Below, piece by piece: positions 50,010 to 61,335 of a stretch of 64,000 nt of DNA; position 1 is the first letter of the stretch, and every line of letters starts with the position of its first letter. A model generated the notes under the pieces. That model saw nothing but the letters and a program-made list of their open reading frames with translations, had not been told where the DNA came from and ran no database searches. Source of the stretch: Aestuariivita sp. (GTDB taxonomy: Bacteria > Pseudomonadota > Alphaproteobacteria > Rhodobacterales > Rhodobacteraceae); NCBI GenBank assembly GCA_026710045.1, contig JAPORU010000047.1, positions 455 through 64,454 of the forward strand. Direction: 5' to 3'. A program made the position numbers and the translations under genes.

Positions 50010-51179
50010 TTAAGTGAAAGACGACGCAAACTCACAAAGAGTGTGCAGAGCCGCTCCGAAGCGCTCGTCTTCAACAGTCATTGCCACGCGGACATGACCT
50101 GCTGCCGCAAAACCAAAACTCTCTCCCGGCATGACTGCGATATGATGGGTGTCAAGGAGACGCTGAGCAAATTCATTACCCGATAATTGGGTCGCACGAA
50201 TATCGAGCATCAGATACATTGCGCCGTCGGATGGAATCGCGGTGATTGTTTGTTGAGCATTGAGAATGTCCCATGCGAGCTGGCGACGCCGATCAAAGGG
50301 TGCAGCGATCTCTCTTTCGAGTGTGGAGCCCTGGTCGAGCGCAAACGCTGCGGCAAGCTGAACAAATCCGGGAACCCCATAGGTGGTGTGTGTTGTGAGG
50401 TTGATCATTCGGCTGATTGCTTCTTTTGGGCCGATAACCCATCCACAGCGAAATCCTGTCATCGCGTGACTTTTTGACATCGAACCGATCACCAGAGTTC
50501 GTTCTCTCATGTCGGGTAGAGAGCGCGGTGAAAGATGATGTCCTCTCCAAATTTGAGTGTCGTAGACTTCGTCTGAGATCAACCAGAGGTCATGGGCTTT
50601 GGCAACCTCGGAAATCATCATCAACGTTGATGAGTCATAAACGGTTCCTGTTGGATTATTGGGCGAGTTGATCAGGAGTGATGTGGCTCCAATGGCGTTG
50701 GTCTCCAGCTCTTCGCGACGTGGACGAAACGCATCCCGTGAACGTGTTATGATAGGTTGGGCGACCGCTCCGACTGCACGGATTGTTCCGGGGTAGGTCG
50801 GATAATATGGATCGACAAAGAGCGCTGTGTCACCTTCGTCGCATACCGCGTGATGAACAGCAAATAACGCGGCCTGACCACCGGCTGTAATCAATACATT
50901 GTCATATGATGTTTCAATGCCGGTTCGCTCTGTCAATCGACGTGCGACGCGTTCGCGCAGTGCTGGAACGCCGGGAATGGCTGCGTATCCGGTGTTGCCG
51001 TCCTTCGCGGCCGTGTTCATGGCATCAAGAATGATGTTCGGTGTGGGAATGTCGTGTTGCCCGATTGTCAGATTTATAACGTCCTGTCCGGAATCAATCA
51101 TTTCGCGTACGCGAAAATAGATTCCCCAACCCCCATCTGAATCGGTTGTCAAATGTCGAATACGATGAGAAAGTTCCAT
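50010..51179 (-). CDS. PLP-dependent aminotransferase, class I/II (aspartate/aromatic type)
   Basis: 389 aa. The lysine motif SMSKSHAMTGFRCGW and NSPNNPTG. Confidence 0.85.
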   Translation of the reverse strand: MELSHRIRHLTTDSDGGWGIYFRVREMIDSGQDVINLTIGQHDIPTPNIILDAMNTAAKDGNTGYAAIPGVPALRERVARRLTERTGIETSYDNVLITAGGQAALFAVHHAVCDEGDTALFVDPYYPTYPGTIRAVGAVAQPIITRSRDAFRPRREELETNAIGATSLLINSPNNPTGTVYDSSTLMMISEVAKAHDLWLISDEVYDTQIWRGHHLSPRSLPDMRERTLVIGSMSKSHAMTGFRCGWVIGPKEAISRMINLTTHTTYGVPGFVQLAAAFALDQGSTLEREIAAPFDRRRQLAWDILNAQQTITAIPSDGAMYLMLDIRATQLSGNEFAQRLLDTHHIAVMPGESFGFAAAGHVRVAMTVEDERFGAALHTLCEFASSFT

Positions 51180-51386
51180 GGCTCACATTGTCTAAGTTGA
51201 CGTTTACTATTGAAGATGTGCACGATAATCTCTTGTCAAGGTCGCAGGATTTGTGTAGCAGACACGTATGATCAATCGGTTAAGCATCATTAGTGCATGT
51301 ATTCACTGCTGAATTCTCAGCGGTCCGGTTTACATTTTTCTCCAAAATTAGACACTAAAGGCCCGCTGTAACTGGGAGTCGTTCTA

Positions 51387-52781
51387 TTGGTTACGATCAC
51401 GTTCACGAACTCAAAATCGGGCAAAGAAGAAATATTTGAACCCATTAATCCACAGAATGTCCGATTATATGTCTGTGGACCGACCGTCTATGATCGGGCT
51501 CATCTGGGAAATGCGAGGCCTGTCGTTGTTTTCGATATTCTCTATCGCCTCTTACAGCATGTTTTTGGAAAGCAAAATGTCTCTTATGCACGAAATATTA
51601 CGGATATCGATGACAAGATAATTGAGCGGGCCGGTATCGAAAATGTTGCAATTGATGTGTTGACGCGTACGACGCATCGTTGGTTCCGTGACGACATGGC
51701 TGAACTTGGAGTCGATTATCGAGATGACCCGCGATTCTTTGAACCGCGTGCCACCGAGTATATTGATGAAATGTTGAGAATGATTACAGGTCTGATTGCG
51801 CAAGGACATGCCTATGAGGCGGAGCGTCATGTCTTGTTTTCGGTTGAGAGTTATTCAGACTATGGGTGTTTTTCTGGCCGTTCAGTGGAGGATATGATCG
51901 CAGGGTCTCGGGTCGAGGTGGCACCGTACAAGAAAAATCCGATGGATTTTGTGCTGTGGAAGCCGTCGGCAGATGATCAACCTGGTTGGGAAAGCCCGTG
52001 GGGTTTCGGGCGTCCGGGATGGCACATCGAGTGCTCTGCAATGTCACATGCGCTCCTTGGAGAGTCGTTTGATATTCACGGTGGTGGCGCTGATTTGAAA
52101 TTCCCGCACCATGAGAATGAGATTGCACAAAGCAAATGTTTTTCTCCGAACAGTGACTTTGCCCGTTACTGGTTGCACAACGAGATGTTGCAGGTCGATG
52201 GCAAGAAAATGGCAAAGTCTGTTGGCAACTTCTTTACGGTTCGGGATCTTTTGGATCAGTCGATCCCCGGTGAAGTGATTCGTTTTGTCTTGATGTCAAC
52301 GCATTACCGTAAACCCATGGATTGGACTCAAAAGAAGATACGGGATGCGCGAACCATTCTTCGAAAATGGCATGACATGACGATGGATGTTTCGGCGGGC
52401 ACTCCACCTCACGCCATTGTGGAGGCGCTCGCGAGTGACTTGAATACAGCGGCGGCGCTGGCCGAACTCCATCGGCTTGCCTCCGAGGGTGATGTTCAAG
52501 GGTTAAAGTCGGGGGCTGATTTTCTTGGATTGTTGCAGTCTGGGAGTGACGGCTGGTTGAATGCAGATCCTGAGAATGTTGATTCAAGGCTCGTGGAGAA
52601 AGTAGAGTATTGGATTAATCGACGTGCTGCGGCGCGCGCGGACAAGAACTACTCAAGGGCTGATGAAATTCGTGCAAATTTGGCTTCGATCGGAATCATG
52701 ATCACGGATTCTCCGAATGGTACGACCTGGGAGCAGGATCTGGAACACGAACATTTGGGAAACTGGGAGATGTTGGAATGA
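51387..52781 (+). CDS. cysS: cysteine--tRNA ligase
   Basis: 464 aa. CGPTVYDRAHLGNAR (HIGH region), WHIECS and KMAKS. TTG start. Confidence 0.95.
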   Translation: MVTITFTNSKSGKEEIFEPINPQNVRLYVCGPTVYDRAHLGNARPVVVFDILYRLLQHVFGKQNVSYARNITDIDDKIIERAGIENVAIDVLTRTTHRWFRDDMAELGVDYRDDPRFFEPRATEYIDEMLRMITGLIAQGHAYEAERHVLFSVESYSDYGCFSGRSVEDMIAGSRVEVAPYKKNPMDFVLWKPSADDQPGWESPWGFGRPGWHIECSAMSHALLGESFDIHGGGADLKFPHHENEIAQSKCFSPNSDFARYWLHNEMLQVDGKKMAKSVGNFFTVRDLLDQSIPGEVIRFVLMSTHYRKPMDWTQKKIRDARTILRKWHDMTMDVSAGTPPHAIVEALASDLNTAAALAELHRLASEGDVQGLKSGADFLGLLQSGSDGWLNADPENVDSRLVEKVEYWINRRAAARADKNYSRADEIRANLASIGIMITDSPNGTTWEQDLEHEHLGNWEMLE

Positions 52782-52942
52782 TCGGCGTGGCATCTGTTTT
52801 CCAAATGCAACGGTTGTATTATCGCGGTGACGTTTGAGAGATTGATTTATCTGTCTCTTGCAGCAAGGAGACTTGATGCGATCATTGCGCCTTTGTGCGG
52901 CTATCCGCATCGATTACTTAGGTTTTGATGGAGTGGCATCGG

Positions 52943-54562
52943 ATGTCCCAAGAAGAACTTTTCTTTTTTGATACCACTTTACGGGACGGTCAGCAGACGC
53001 AAGGTGTTCAGTTTTCGACGGACGACAAGTTAACGATCGCGGCGGCTCTCGATCAACTCGGGATTGATTATATCGAAGGGGGTTGGCCCGGCGCGAATCC
53101 GACGGACAGCGCATTTTTTGATGTTGTGCCTAAAATGAGTTCAAGACTCACGGCCTTCGGAATGACACGACGCAGTGGTCGTTCGGTCGAAAATGACGAG
53201 GTGTTGAGTGCTGTTATGAACGCAGGTACAGGCGTTGTGTGTTTAGTCGGTAAGGCGCATGTCTTTCACGTTGCGGAGGCTCTTGGTATTCTCAATGAAC
53301 AGAATATTGAGAATATTGACGCATCGATTGCGCATGTGGTGGCTCAAGGACGTGAGGCCATTTTTGACGCCGAGCATTTCTTTGATGGATACAAGGTTGA
53401 TGCGGGCTACGCCATAGAATGTCTGAAGGCGGCGCTTGGAGCCGGTGCGCGTTGGGTTGTTCTCTGTGATACAAATGGCGGTACATTGCCGAATGAGGTT
53501 TCGACAATCGTGAAGGAAGTGGTCGAGTACGGTATACCGGGTCGGTGTCTGGGTATCCACACACACAATGACCTGGAAACTGCGGTGGCAAACAGTCTTG
53601 CAGCCGTGAACGCGGGTGCACGACAGGTTCAGGGAACGTTAAACGGGTTGGGCGAGCGTTGCGGGAACGCAAATCTTACTTCGCTTATTCCGACTATTCT
53701 TCTTAAGGAGCCCTACAAGACAAAATTTAAGACGAATATTGTCCCTGAGGGTTTGCAGAGTTTGACACGCATTAGCCGCCTTTTGGATGATATCTTGAAT
53801 CGTGTACCGGTCAAGCAGGCCCCGTATGTTGGTGCGTCGGCTTTTGCTCACAAGGCGGGATTGCATGCCAGCGCGATTGTAAAGAACCCGGCAACCTATG
53901 AACATGTGGATCCTCACTTGGTCGGGAACAGTCGCGTCATCTTGATGTCGAATCAGGCGGGTCGATCAAATTTGAGGAGACGACTCGCGGAAGCGGGTTT
54001 GAATGTTGCAACCGATGATCCGTCACTTGGACGTATTCTTGACTTGATAAAGGCACGCGAAGCGGAAGGTTATACATATGATATTGCGCAAGGATCCTTC
54101 GAGTTGCTCGCACGACGAGAACTTGGGAGGTTACCCGACTTCTTTCGGATTGATCGTTATCGGGTAACGGTTGAGCGACGTGAGGATAAGTTAAATCGAA
54201 TGATCAGTTTGAGTGAGGCTGTGGTGGTCGTGGAAGTTGATGGCCAAAAAAAATTATCGGTAAGTGATTCGATTGATGATGTTGGTGATGATCGCGGCCC
54301 GGTGAACGCCCTCGCGAAAGCACTGGCCAAAGATCTTGGAAGATATTCCGAGAATATCGATGATATGCGGCTCGTTGATTACAAGGTTCGAATAACGCAG
54401 GGAGGTACAGAAGCTGTGACCCGAGTCATTATTGACAGTGAAGATAGCCAAGGTCGGCGATGGTCTACTGTTGGAGTTTCGGCTAATATCGTTGATGCGT
54501 CGTTCGAGGCGTTGTTGGATGCGGTTCGTTGGAAGCTTGTGCATGATCAGATCGCTGCGTGA
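52943..54562 (+). CDS. cimA: citramalate synthase / 2-isopropylmalate synthase family (CimA-like)
   Basis: FFFDTTLRDGQQ...HTHNDLETAVANSLAAV plus a C-terminal LeuA-dimer regulatory domain. Start at the ATG preceded by GGAG. Confidence 0.8.
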   Translation: MSQEELFFFDTTLRDGQQTQGVQFSTDDKLTIAAALDQLGIDYIEGGWPGANPTDSAFFDVVPKMSSRLTAFGMTRRSGRSVENDEVLSAVMNAGTGVVCLVGKAHVFHVAEALGILNEQNIENIDASIAHVVAQGREAIFDAEHFFDGYKVDAGYAIECLKAALGAGARWVVLCDTNGGTLPNEVSTIVKEVVEYGIPGRCLGIHTHNDLETAVANSLAAVNAGARQVQGTLNGLGERCGNANLTSLIPTILLKEPYKTKFKTNIVPEGLQSLTRISRLLDDILNRVPVKQAPYVGASAFAHKAGLHASAIVKNPATYEHVDPHLVGNSRVILMSNQAGRSNLRRRLAEAGLNVATDDPSLGRILDLIKAREAEGYTYDIAQGSFELLARRELGRLPDFFRIDRYRVTVERREDKLNRMISLSEAVVVVEVDGQKKLSVSDSIDDVGDDRGPVNALAKALAKDLGRYSENIDDMRLVDYKVRITQGGTEAVTRVIIDSEDSQGRRWSTVGVSANIVDASFEALLDAVRWKLVHDQIAA

Positions 54563-54732
54563 TGGTTTGATGATGTAACAAAGTGAACATATTCAATTCG
54601 TCATATTATTTGGAGGTTGAAATTGTCGGGTACACAATTTAGGGTTGGTATCCTATAGAGATTGTGGCAGTACCCATTTTCTTTCGAGGAAAAAGCGGTT
54701 GACGACCAATATATTGCCGGAGGGGAACAGGA

Positions 54733-55200
54733 ATGCGATGTCCATTTTGTGCACATAAAGATACGCAAGTGAAAGATTCACGGCCGGCTGATAATCGTGG
54801 AGCGATTCGCAGACGTAGATACTGCCCCGCATGTGGTGGACGATTTACCACTTACGAACGTGTTCAACTGAGAGATTTGGTGGTTGTGAAGTCGTCGAAT
54901 AGACGGGAGCAGTTCGATCGTGACAAGCTTGACCGATCGATTCGCTTATCTTTGCAAAAGCGCCCGATTGATCCCGACCGTATTGATCAGTTGACGTCCG
55001 GTATTGTTCGGCGCCTTGAAAGTCTGGGTGACATGGATATTCCCTCGAATAAAATTGGTGAGATTGTGATGGAAGCCTTGGCACGGATTGATACGGTTGC
55101 TTATGTGCGGTTTGCCAGTGTCTACAAGAACTTTCAAGCTGCGGGCGATTTTGAAGATTTTATTCATGAATTGCGACCAACCGAGCCTGTTGATTCTTGA
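54733..55200 (+). CDS. nrdR: transcriptional repressor NrdR
   Basis: [17 protein letters not shown]...[12 protein letters not shown] zinc ribbon plus an ATP-cone domain. Confidence 0.95.
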   Translation: MRCPFCAHKDTQVKDSRPADNRGAIRRRRYCPACGGRFTTYERVQLRDLVVVKSSNRREQFDRDKLDRSIRLSLQKRPIDPDRIDQLTSGIVRRLESLGDMDIPSNKIGEIVMEALARIDTVAYVRFASVYKNFQAAGDFEDFIHELRPTEPVDS

Positions 55201-55203
55201 TAT

Positions 55204-56310
55204 TTGATGAGTGCCGCCGCTGATACAAGGTGGATGCGGCTTGCTCTTGCTCTAGGACGTCGCAATCAAGGCCGTTGTTGGCCTAATCCTGCCGTTGGTT
55301 GTGTCATTGTCCAAGATAACCGCGTTGTTGGACGGGGTTGGACGCAGGTAGGAGGACGCCCACACGCTGAAACGGAAGCACTTCGCCAGGCAGGCAGGGC
55401 TGCGGTTGGGGCAACGGCCTATGTGACCCTTGAGCCGTGTTCTCATGTTGGTAAGACGCCCCCTTGTACCAATCAATTGTTGTTGGCTGGAATAAAGCGT
55501 GTTGTTGCGTCGATTGCGGATTGCGACTCGCGTGTGGCAGGAAGAGGCTTCGAAGCATTGCGTGTTGCGGGAATCGATGTGACGACCGGTGTGTGCGAAA
55601 CGGAGGCGCGACGTGATCATAACGGTTTCTTTCTGAAGACAGAGCAACTGCGACCGCACGTAACATTGAAGTTTGCGTCGAGTTTCGATGGACGGACTGC
55701 AACGGCGACAGGTGAAAGTAAATGGATTACGCAACCGCTCGCCCGTCGATTTGTGCATGCGATGCGCGCACGTCATGATGCGGTGATGGTTGGAGGAGGT
55801 ACCGCTCGAATAGATGACCCTTGCTTAACAGTTCGAAATCTCGGAGTTCAACATCAACCCATTCGAATCATCGTCTCTCGCCAGATTGATGTGCCGCTGT
55901 TCGGTCAACTTGCCCGCACAGCGCGAGATGTACCTGTTTGGATGATGCACGGCAAAGATGTCGATCCTCAGCGCCGAACGGCGTGGAAGGAGGTTGGGGC
56001 CGAACTGATTCAATGTGAACAACGCGACTCGCAACTTTGCCCTTTAAACCTATTGAATGCGCTTGCAAAAAGGGGAATAACGCGAGTGCTTTGCGAAGGA
56101 GGACAGTCGTTAGCTGCTTCGCTACTGGCAGTTGACCTTGTCGATGAGATTGTTGGATTTTTTTCTGGATTGGCGATTGGTTCAGAAGGATTGCCTTCCA
56201 TTGGAAGAATGCACACGCAATGTCTCGAAGATGCGTGTCGGTTTAGTCTGTACGATGTCAGTACATTTGGAGAAGATGTGATGTGTAAGTGGGTGCGACG
56301 GAATGGGTAA
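55204..56310 (+). CDS. ribD: bifunctional riboflavin biosynthesis deaminase/reductase RibD
   Basis: The deaminase zinc motifs HAETEAL and TLEPCSHVGKTPPC, plus a C-terminal reductase domain. The start could be the ATG at 55207. Confidence 0.95.
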   Translation: MMSAAADTRWMRLALALGRRNQGRCWPNPAVGCVIVQDNRVVGRGWTQVGGRPHAETEALRQAGRAAVGATAYVTLEPCSHVGKTPPCTNQLLLAGIKRVVASIADCDSRVAGRGFEALRVAGIDVTTGVCETEARRDHNGFFLKTEQLRPHVTLKFASSFDGRTATATGESKWITQPLARRFVHAMRARHDAVMVGGGTARIDDPCLTVRNLGVQHQPIRIIVSRQIDVPLFGQLARTARDVPVWMMHGKDVDPQRRTAWKEVGAELIQCEQRDSQLCPLNLLNALAKRGITRVLCEGGQSLAASLLAVDLVDEIVGFFSGLAIGSEGLPSIGRMHTQCLEDACRFSLYDVSTFGEDVMCKWVRRNG

Positions 56311-56513
56311 ATCATCCAGTTCTTGACCCGGGCCCACGCGTTCACACTTGAATGATGAGTTTGAATAGGGGGTGTCTTCTATTGCACCGGTTTCCTCTTT
56401 GTATGATGTCTTGTGTCGAATAAGAAATCGTGCGTTGGAATTATCGCGATGAGTTGAACGAGAGGATTGATTGGGATAACGGGATGAAAGATCAAGCAAA
56501 CAGGAGTTGCTGA

Positions 56514-57101
56514 GTGTTCACAGGGATTATCGCCGATATTGGTACGGTCATTGGAATCGAGCGCAATGGTGACATGTGCGTGCGCATTGCGACGCATTTC
56601 GAAACGGATCGTATTGATATTGGTTCGTCTATTGCCTCCGATGGCGTCTGTCTGACCGTGGTCGAGACTGGCCAGGATTGGTACGCGGTTCAAGTCAGCG
56701 GCGAAACAATTTCCAAAACGAATCTATCACAGTGGACGGTGGGAAAGCGTGTCAATCTTGAGAAATCTTTGCGTGTTGGTGATGAACTGGGCGGACATAT
56801 TGTTTCCGGACATGTTGACGGTGTTGCGGAGGTCATGTCGGTCAAAACCTTAGGTGATAGCACCGGAATTGACTTCAAGGCACCCGAGTCGTTGGCAAAA
56901 TTTATTGCTCCAAAAGGATCGATTGCATTGAACGGCACATCACTCACGGTCAATGATGTTTATGGAGCGACTTTTGGAATTAATGTCATTCCACACACCA
57001 AAGAGGTCACAACGTGGAGTGATGTGGCGTGTGGAGAGATGGTGAACTTGGAAATTGATACCTTGGCACGCTACGTTGCGCGGTTAGCGGAATCAATGTG
57101 A
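56514..57101 (+). CDS. ribE: riboflavin synthase
   Basis: MFTGIIADIG at the N-terminus and an internal duplication (GDSIALNGTSLTV-like). GTG start with AGGAG upstream. Confidence 0.95.
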   Translation: MFTGIIADIGTVIGIERNGDMCVRIATHFETDRIDIGSSIASDGVCLTVVETGQDWYAVQVSGETISKTNLSQWTVGKRVNLEKSLRVGDELGGHIVSGHVDGVAEVMSVKTLGDSTGIDFKAPESLAKFIAPKGSIALNGTSLTVNDVYGATFGINVIPHTKEVTTWSDVACGEMVNLEIDTLARYVARLAESM

Positions 57102-57234
57102 ATATATTTTGTGGACAAGCGGTAACATCGATTGAGTGATTGAACGGGTATACTTCCGTTTGCAAGGGTCTCAGTTTTGAAAGATTGCACCATCATTATC
57201 ATACAGATTCGGGTTGTAATGGAAAAGCAAGAGA

Positions 57235-58356
57235 ATGAGTTCGAACGTTGCAAGAGTTGAGGCCCGTGATTGGACGGACGCCATTTCGACGGTTGAAGAG
57301 ATCATTAACGAAGCCCGTAACGGGCGAATGTATGTTCTTGTCGATCATGAAGAACGTGAGAACGAGGGTGATCTCGTAATCCCGGCACAGATGGCAACTC
57401 CAGAGGTTATAAACTTTATGGCGACTCATGGTCGGGGTCTGATTTGCCTGAGTTTGACAGGAGAGCGCATTGATGCCTTGGGTCTTGATCTTATGGCCTG
57501 CAACAATTCTTCTCGGCATGAGACGGCGTTTACCGTTTCAATTGAGGCCAGAGAGGGTGTAACAACCGGAATTTCCGCGCATGATCGGGCCCGCACGGTT
57601 GCGGTTGCTATTGACTCAACGAAAGGGTCTCAGGATATTGCCACCCCTGGGCATATTTTTCCGTTACGGGCGCGTGATGGTGGAGTTTTGGTGCGAGCGG
57701 GTCATACGGAAGCCGCGATTGACATCAGTCGTCTCGCGGGACTGAATCCTTCCGGTGTCATTTGTGAGATCATGAATGAAGATGGTACGATGGCCCGTCT
57801 TCCAGATTTGGTTGCATTTGCACAGTATCATGGATTGAAGATTGGCACAATCAGTGATCTGATCGCATATCGACGCAAACATGACAATTTGGTACGTATG
57901 AAAAAGGAAGAAATGATTGCCTCCGATTTTGGCGGAGAGTGGAAGATGCAAATTTATACTGATGAAACTCAAGGAGCCGAACATATCGTATTAATCAAAG
58001 GAGATGTGGAAACGGATGAGCCCGTTCTTGTGCGGATGCATGCATTAGATCCCATGCTTGATTTGGTTGGGATTGGTGGAGCGGGGCGCTCAGATGGATT
58101 CAGGGATGCAATGGAAATTATTGCTTCAGCCGGACGTGGCGTGCTTGTTCTTTTGCGCGATATCAATATGAAAATTATGGCAAAAAATGAAGTGTCGCCG
58201 CATACTCTGAGAAAGTATGGCTTGGGTGCAGAAATTTTGACATCACTTGGATTATCCCGTCTCATTTTGTTGTCGGACAGTCCACAACCGAATGTAGTTG
58301 GGCTGGAGGCGTATGGCTTAGAGATTGTTGGTACGCAACGAATACATGCGAAATAG
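57235..58356 (+). CDS. ribBA: 3,4-dihydroxy-2-butanone-4-phosphate synthase with a GTP cyclohydrolase II-like C-terminal domain
   Basis: 373 aa. [17 protein letters not shown] is the DHBP synthase signature. Confidence 0.9.
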   Translation: MSSNVARVEARDWTDAISTVEEIINEARNGRMYVLVDHEERENEGDLVIPAQMATPEVINFMATHGRGLICLSLTGERIDALGLDLMACNNSSRHETAFTVSIEAREGVTTGISAHDRARTVAVAIDSTKGSQDIATPGHIFPLRARDGGVLVRAGHTEAAIDISRLAGLNPSGVICEIMNEDGTMARLPDLVAFAQYHGLKIGTISDLIAYRRKHDNLVRMKKEEMIASDFGGEWKMQIYTDETQGAEHIVLIKGDVETDEPVLVRMHALDPMLDLVGIGGAGRSDGFRDAMEIIASAGRGVLVLLRDINMKIMAKNEVSPHTLRKYGLGAEILTSLGLSRLILLSDSPQPNVVGLEAYGLEIVGTQRIHAK

Positions 58357-58359
58357 CCT

Positions 58360-58887
58360 ATGTCGGTATCGCAAACTGTGAACCCGTTGCTGCGACCAAG
58401 TTTCGATAAGGAGTGGAAACTTCTTCTTGTGGTTGCTTCGTTCTACAAGGACATTGCGGATAAACTTGTCGAGGGTGCTCAATTGGAGCTTGAATCGGCC
58501 GGGGCAATACACGACGTGCTCGAAGTGCCGGGTGCGCTGGAAGTGCCAACAGCGATCTCCATAGCGGATCGTTGCTCAGATTTTGATGGATATGTGGCGC
58601 TCGGATGTGTCATCCGGGGGGAAACCACTCATTATGAAACTGTTTGCGATAATTCGAACCGCGCCATCCAACTCCTGGGGCTGCAGGGTTTGTGTATCGG
58701 TAACGGTATTTTAACGGTTGAAAATCATGGACAAGCTGAAGTGCGTGCGGACCCAAAAGGTCACAATAAAGGGGGTGCCGCCGCGATTGCGGCATTGCAT
58801 CTGATTTCTGTTGCGCAGCAATTACAGACGAAGAATGAAGAGATTGGCTTTAAGCCAACGGGAACGGTTGGTCCTCTGGATGGGTAG
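58360..58887 (+). CDS. ribH: 6,7-dimethyl-8-ribityllumazine synthase
   Basis: 175 aa. EVPGALEVP...LGCVIRGETTHYE. Confidence 0.95.
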   Translation: MSVSQTVNPLLRPSFDKEWKLLLVVASFYKDIADKLVEGAQLELESAGAIHDVLEVPGALEVPTAISIADRCSDFDGYVALGCVIRGETTHYETVCDNSNRAIQLLGLQGLCIGNGILTVENHGQAEVRADPKGHNKGGAAAIAALHLISVAQQLQTKNEEIGFKPTGTVGPLDG

Positions 58888-58903
58888 ATCAGATCAGCTA
58901 GGG

Positions 58904-59383
58904 ATGATCGGTGATGCTGTGCATAAACCGAGTCATTACTCGAGAAAGCGATCTGTCGCCCGTTTATATGCTGTTCAAGCTTTGTTTCAGATGGAGGCCA
59001 GCGGACAGTCCTCGGACACTGTCATCCAAGAGTTCTTGAGCTATCGCATCGGTGAACGCATTAATGATCACGAAATGATGAAGGGTGACGTTCAGTTATT
59101 TTCCAAGCTTGTGGAAGATGCTGTCAATTTGCAGGCGCTGATTGATCAAATGACCGAGCGTACTTTGGTTAAAAAGTGGCCAATTTCGCGCATTGATCCA
59201 ACGGTACGGAACCTTTTTCGAGCGGCGGGAGCGGAATTCATGAGAGGGGATACGCCACCGAAGGTCGTTATCGATGAATTTGTCGACGTTGCACGCGCTT
59301 TTTTTCCCGAAGGACCGGAACCAAAACTTGTCAATGCCGTATTGGATCGTATGGCGCGTGAATTTCATCCCAAAGATTTTTGA
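58904..59383 (+). CDS. nusB: transcription antitermination factor NusB
   Basis: ARLYAVQALFQME and the C-terminal NAVLDRMARE. The start is uncertain; 58880 is an alternative that overlaps the ribH stop. Confidence 0.85.
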   Translation: MIGDAVHKPSHYSRKRSVARLYAVQALFQMEASGQSSDTVIQEFLSYRIGERINDHEMMKGDVQLFSKLVEDAVNLQALIDQMTERTLVKKWPISRIDPTVRNLFRAAGAEFMRGDTPPKVVIDEFVDVARAFFPEGPEPKLVNAVLDRMAREFHPKDF

Positions 59384-59520
59384 CGCCCGTGTTGGCGTAT
59401 GATGTGGCTGTTCCTTTTTGGGTGAAGAGTTATGACTGAATCTTATCTGTGTTTACTTTTTGCCGTTTGAACAACTTGATATTTTGTAAGGACTTTGACC
59501 TTTGTAGGTCTTGGGTCTGG

Positions 59521-60747
59521 TCAGTATGTAGGTGCTCCACCTTCAAAAATGTTTTCTTCGGAATAGCTGCATGGATCTTCTTGCATTTGCAGATGCAGTT
59601 CGTCGCCGTTATAGGGATGGGCCCGTGCGAGTTCTTCGTCGAAGTCAATCCCTAAACCCGGTAATTTTGACGGTACAATGAAGCCATCTTCGACACGTAG
59701 CGTTCCTTTGATCAGTTTGTCGTGAAAGTGTGTTTCGATTGTTTCGCACATAAGGATGTTCGGTATCGTTATTGCGAGTTGAATGTTGGCTGCCCATTCG
59801 ACTGGACCGGCATAGAGATGCGGGGCTATTTGTGCGTTGTAAACTTCGGCTAATGCGGCGATTTTTCTGCCCTCCCATATTCCACCTGCTCGACCAAGCG
59901 CGGGTTGTAGTATGGTCGCGGCGCCTGTTCTAAGAGCATGTGCGAATTCACCTTTCGTGGTGAGTCGTTCCCCCGTTGCGATAGGAATGCGAACCGAACG
60001 CGCAACAACGGCCATCGCGTCGATGGCATCGGGTGAAACGGGTTCTTCAAACCAGAGAGGTGCGTAGGGCTCAAGCGCCTGCCCCAATCGGATTGCACCG
60101 GCGGCTGTAAATTGTCCATGTGTGCCAAAGAGAATATCGGCTTTGTCGCCCACGGCTTCTCGAATGGAGCGACAAAACGCCACGGATCGACGAATGTCGG
60201 ACATTGCCGGCATATGACCACCCCGGACCGTGTAAGGTCCTGCTGGGTCAAATTTTAGGGCTGTGTAGCCACGCTTGACGAATGCGGATGCTGTCTCAGC
60301 GGCTAATTCTGGAGATATCCAGAACTCCGAGATATTCTGATGCGGGAGTGGATAGAGATAGCTGTAGGCTCGAATTGTATCGTTTATTGTTCCGCCGATG
60401 AGGGCATGAATGGGGCAGTCATGATCCTTTCCCAAGATATCCCAGCAAGCAATCTCAAGACCGGACCAAGCCCCTATCACTGTCAGGTCGGGACGTTGTG
60501 TAAATCCGCTCGAGTAGACACGGCGGAACATCAACTCAATATTCTGGGGATTCTCGTCGGCCATGTGGCGTTCGAAGATATCTTGGATGACGTGCGTCAT
60601 AGCGTTCGGACCAATTGAGGACGCATAGCACTCTCCCCATCCGATGACCCCGGTATTTGTTTCTAATTTGACGAATATCCAGTAGCGTCCTCCCCAGCCT
60701 GGAGTTGGTGGCGCCGTAACGATTATGTCGAGGTTTTGAAGTTTCAT
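59521..60747 (-). CDS. enolase-superfamily enzyme (mandelate racemase/muconate lactonizing family, acid-sugar dehydratase-like)
   Basis: MKLQNLDIIVTAPP...GWGE at the N-terminus and an MR/MLE C-terminal barrel. Start trimmed to the ATG six codons inside the TTG-initiated ORF. Confidence 0.8.
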   Translation of the reverse strand: MKLQNLDIIVTAPPTPGWGGRYWIFVKLETNTGVIGWGECYASSIGPNAMTHVIQDIFERHMADENPQNIELMFRRVYSSGFTQRPDLTVIGAWSGLEIACWDILGKDHDCPIHALIGGTINDTIRAYSYLYPLPHQNISEFWISPELAAETASAFVKRGYTALKFDPAGPYTVRGGHMPAMSDIRRSVAFCRSIREAVGDKADILFGTHGQFTAAGAIRLGQALEPYAPLWFEEPVSPDAIDAMAVVARSVRIPIATGERLTTKGEFAHALRTGAATILQPALGRAGGIWEGRKIAALAEVYNAQIAPHLYAGPVEWAANIQLAITIPNILMCETIETHFHDKLIKGTLRVEDGFIVPSKLPGLGIDFDEELARAHPYNGDELHLQMQEDPCSYSEENIFEGGAPTY

Positions 60748-60774
60748 GCCGTTGGTGTCGTTCAATTGTTGTTT

Positions 60775-61335
60775 TTAGCGTTGCGTTTCGTGCCGATATC
60801 ACATGCGGTGGTAAGATCAGTGATCATCGCGTGAAGGGATTCTGTTCCCTTAGATGACCGCACCAATCGTGTGAGCGCTGTGGGCGTTCCTTACCGGGGG
60901 TGCGTGCGCTTTTGCGTCGTCTTCGTCGCGGATGTCTGTTTCTTCAGCGGCTTATCACGGGCCTTCATCGCCGTTGAATTCCGTAACCGATGCCCAGGCA
61001 ACCGTATCCGCATACGCCCTTGAATCATGGCTTTATGCATCTGCTTGGGTAACGATGTCTTCGCAAACTAAACAAGCGTCCGCAAAAACGTTTATTCACT
61101 GGGAATAGCCGACACACATTCCCAGCCACAGAGACGACACAAGGCAGGGTCACACTGCAACCGATCAATCAAGTCTCGGGTTGTGGGCATATCCCCTATC
61201 GCCTTGGCGATAAAAGAACGCGCTAAGGCATATCCGTCTTTATGGCGCGTCCTTGCCGGTGGCGGTCACGGCGAAAAAACGTTTCCGCCGGTTGCAGATC
61301 AAGAGCGGCGACAACGCGTTGGCATGTCATTCAAG
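60775..61335 (-). pseudogene. 3'-truncated DDE transposase remnant (IS4/IS5 superfamily, PF05598-type N-terminal region)
   Basis: Minus-strand translation reads GYALARSFIAKAIGDMPTTRDLIDRLQCDPALCRLCGWECVSAIPSE(stop)TF...FAKTSLPKQMHKAMIQ...RNSTAMKARDKPLKK...ACDIGTKRNAK. It has at least three in-frame stops and an upstream frameshift. It ends before any DDE catalytic core, right at the 5' end of the enolase-superfamily gene. Confidence 0.7.

Noticed and set aside
56311-57234. Looked for an FMN (RFN) riboswitch in the gaps around ribD/ribE/ribBA
   Set aside because: None of the conserved RFN core strings (for example the GGGCGGG...ACCGGCGGU and CCGACAGU-type blocks) are visible. The rib genes here follow nrdR as in many Alphaproteobacteria, without an RFN element.
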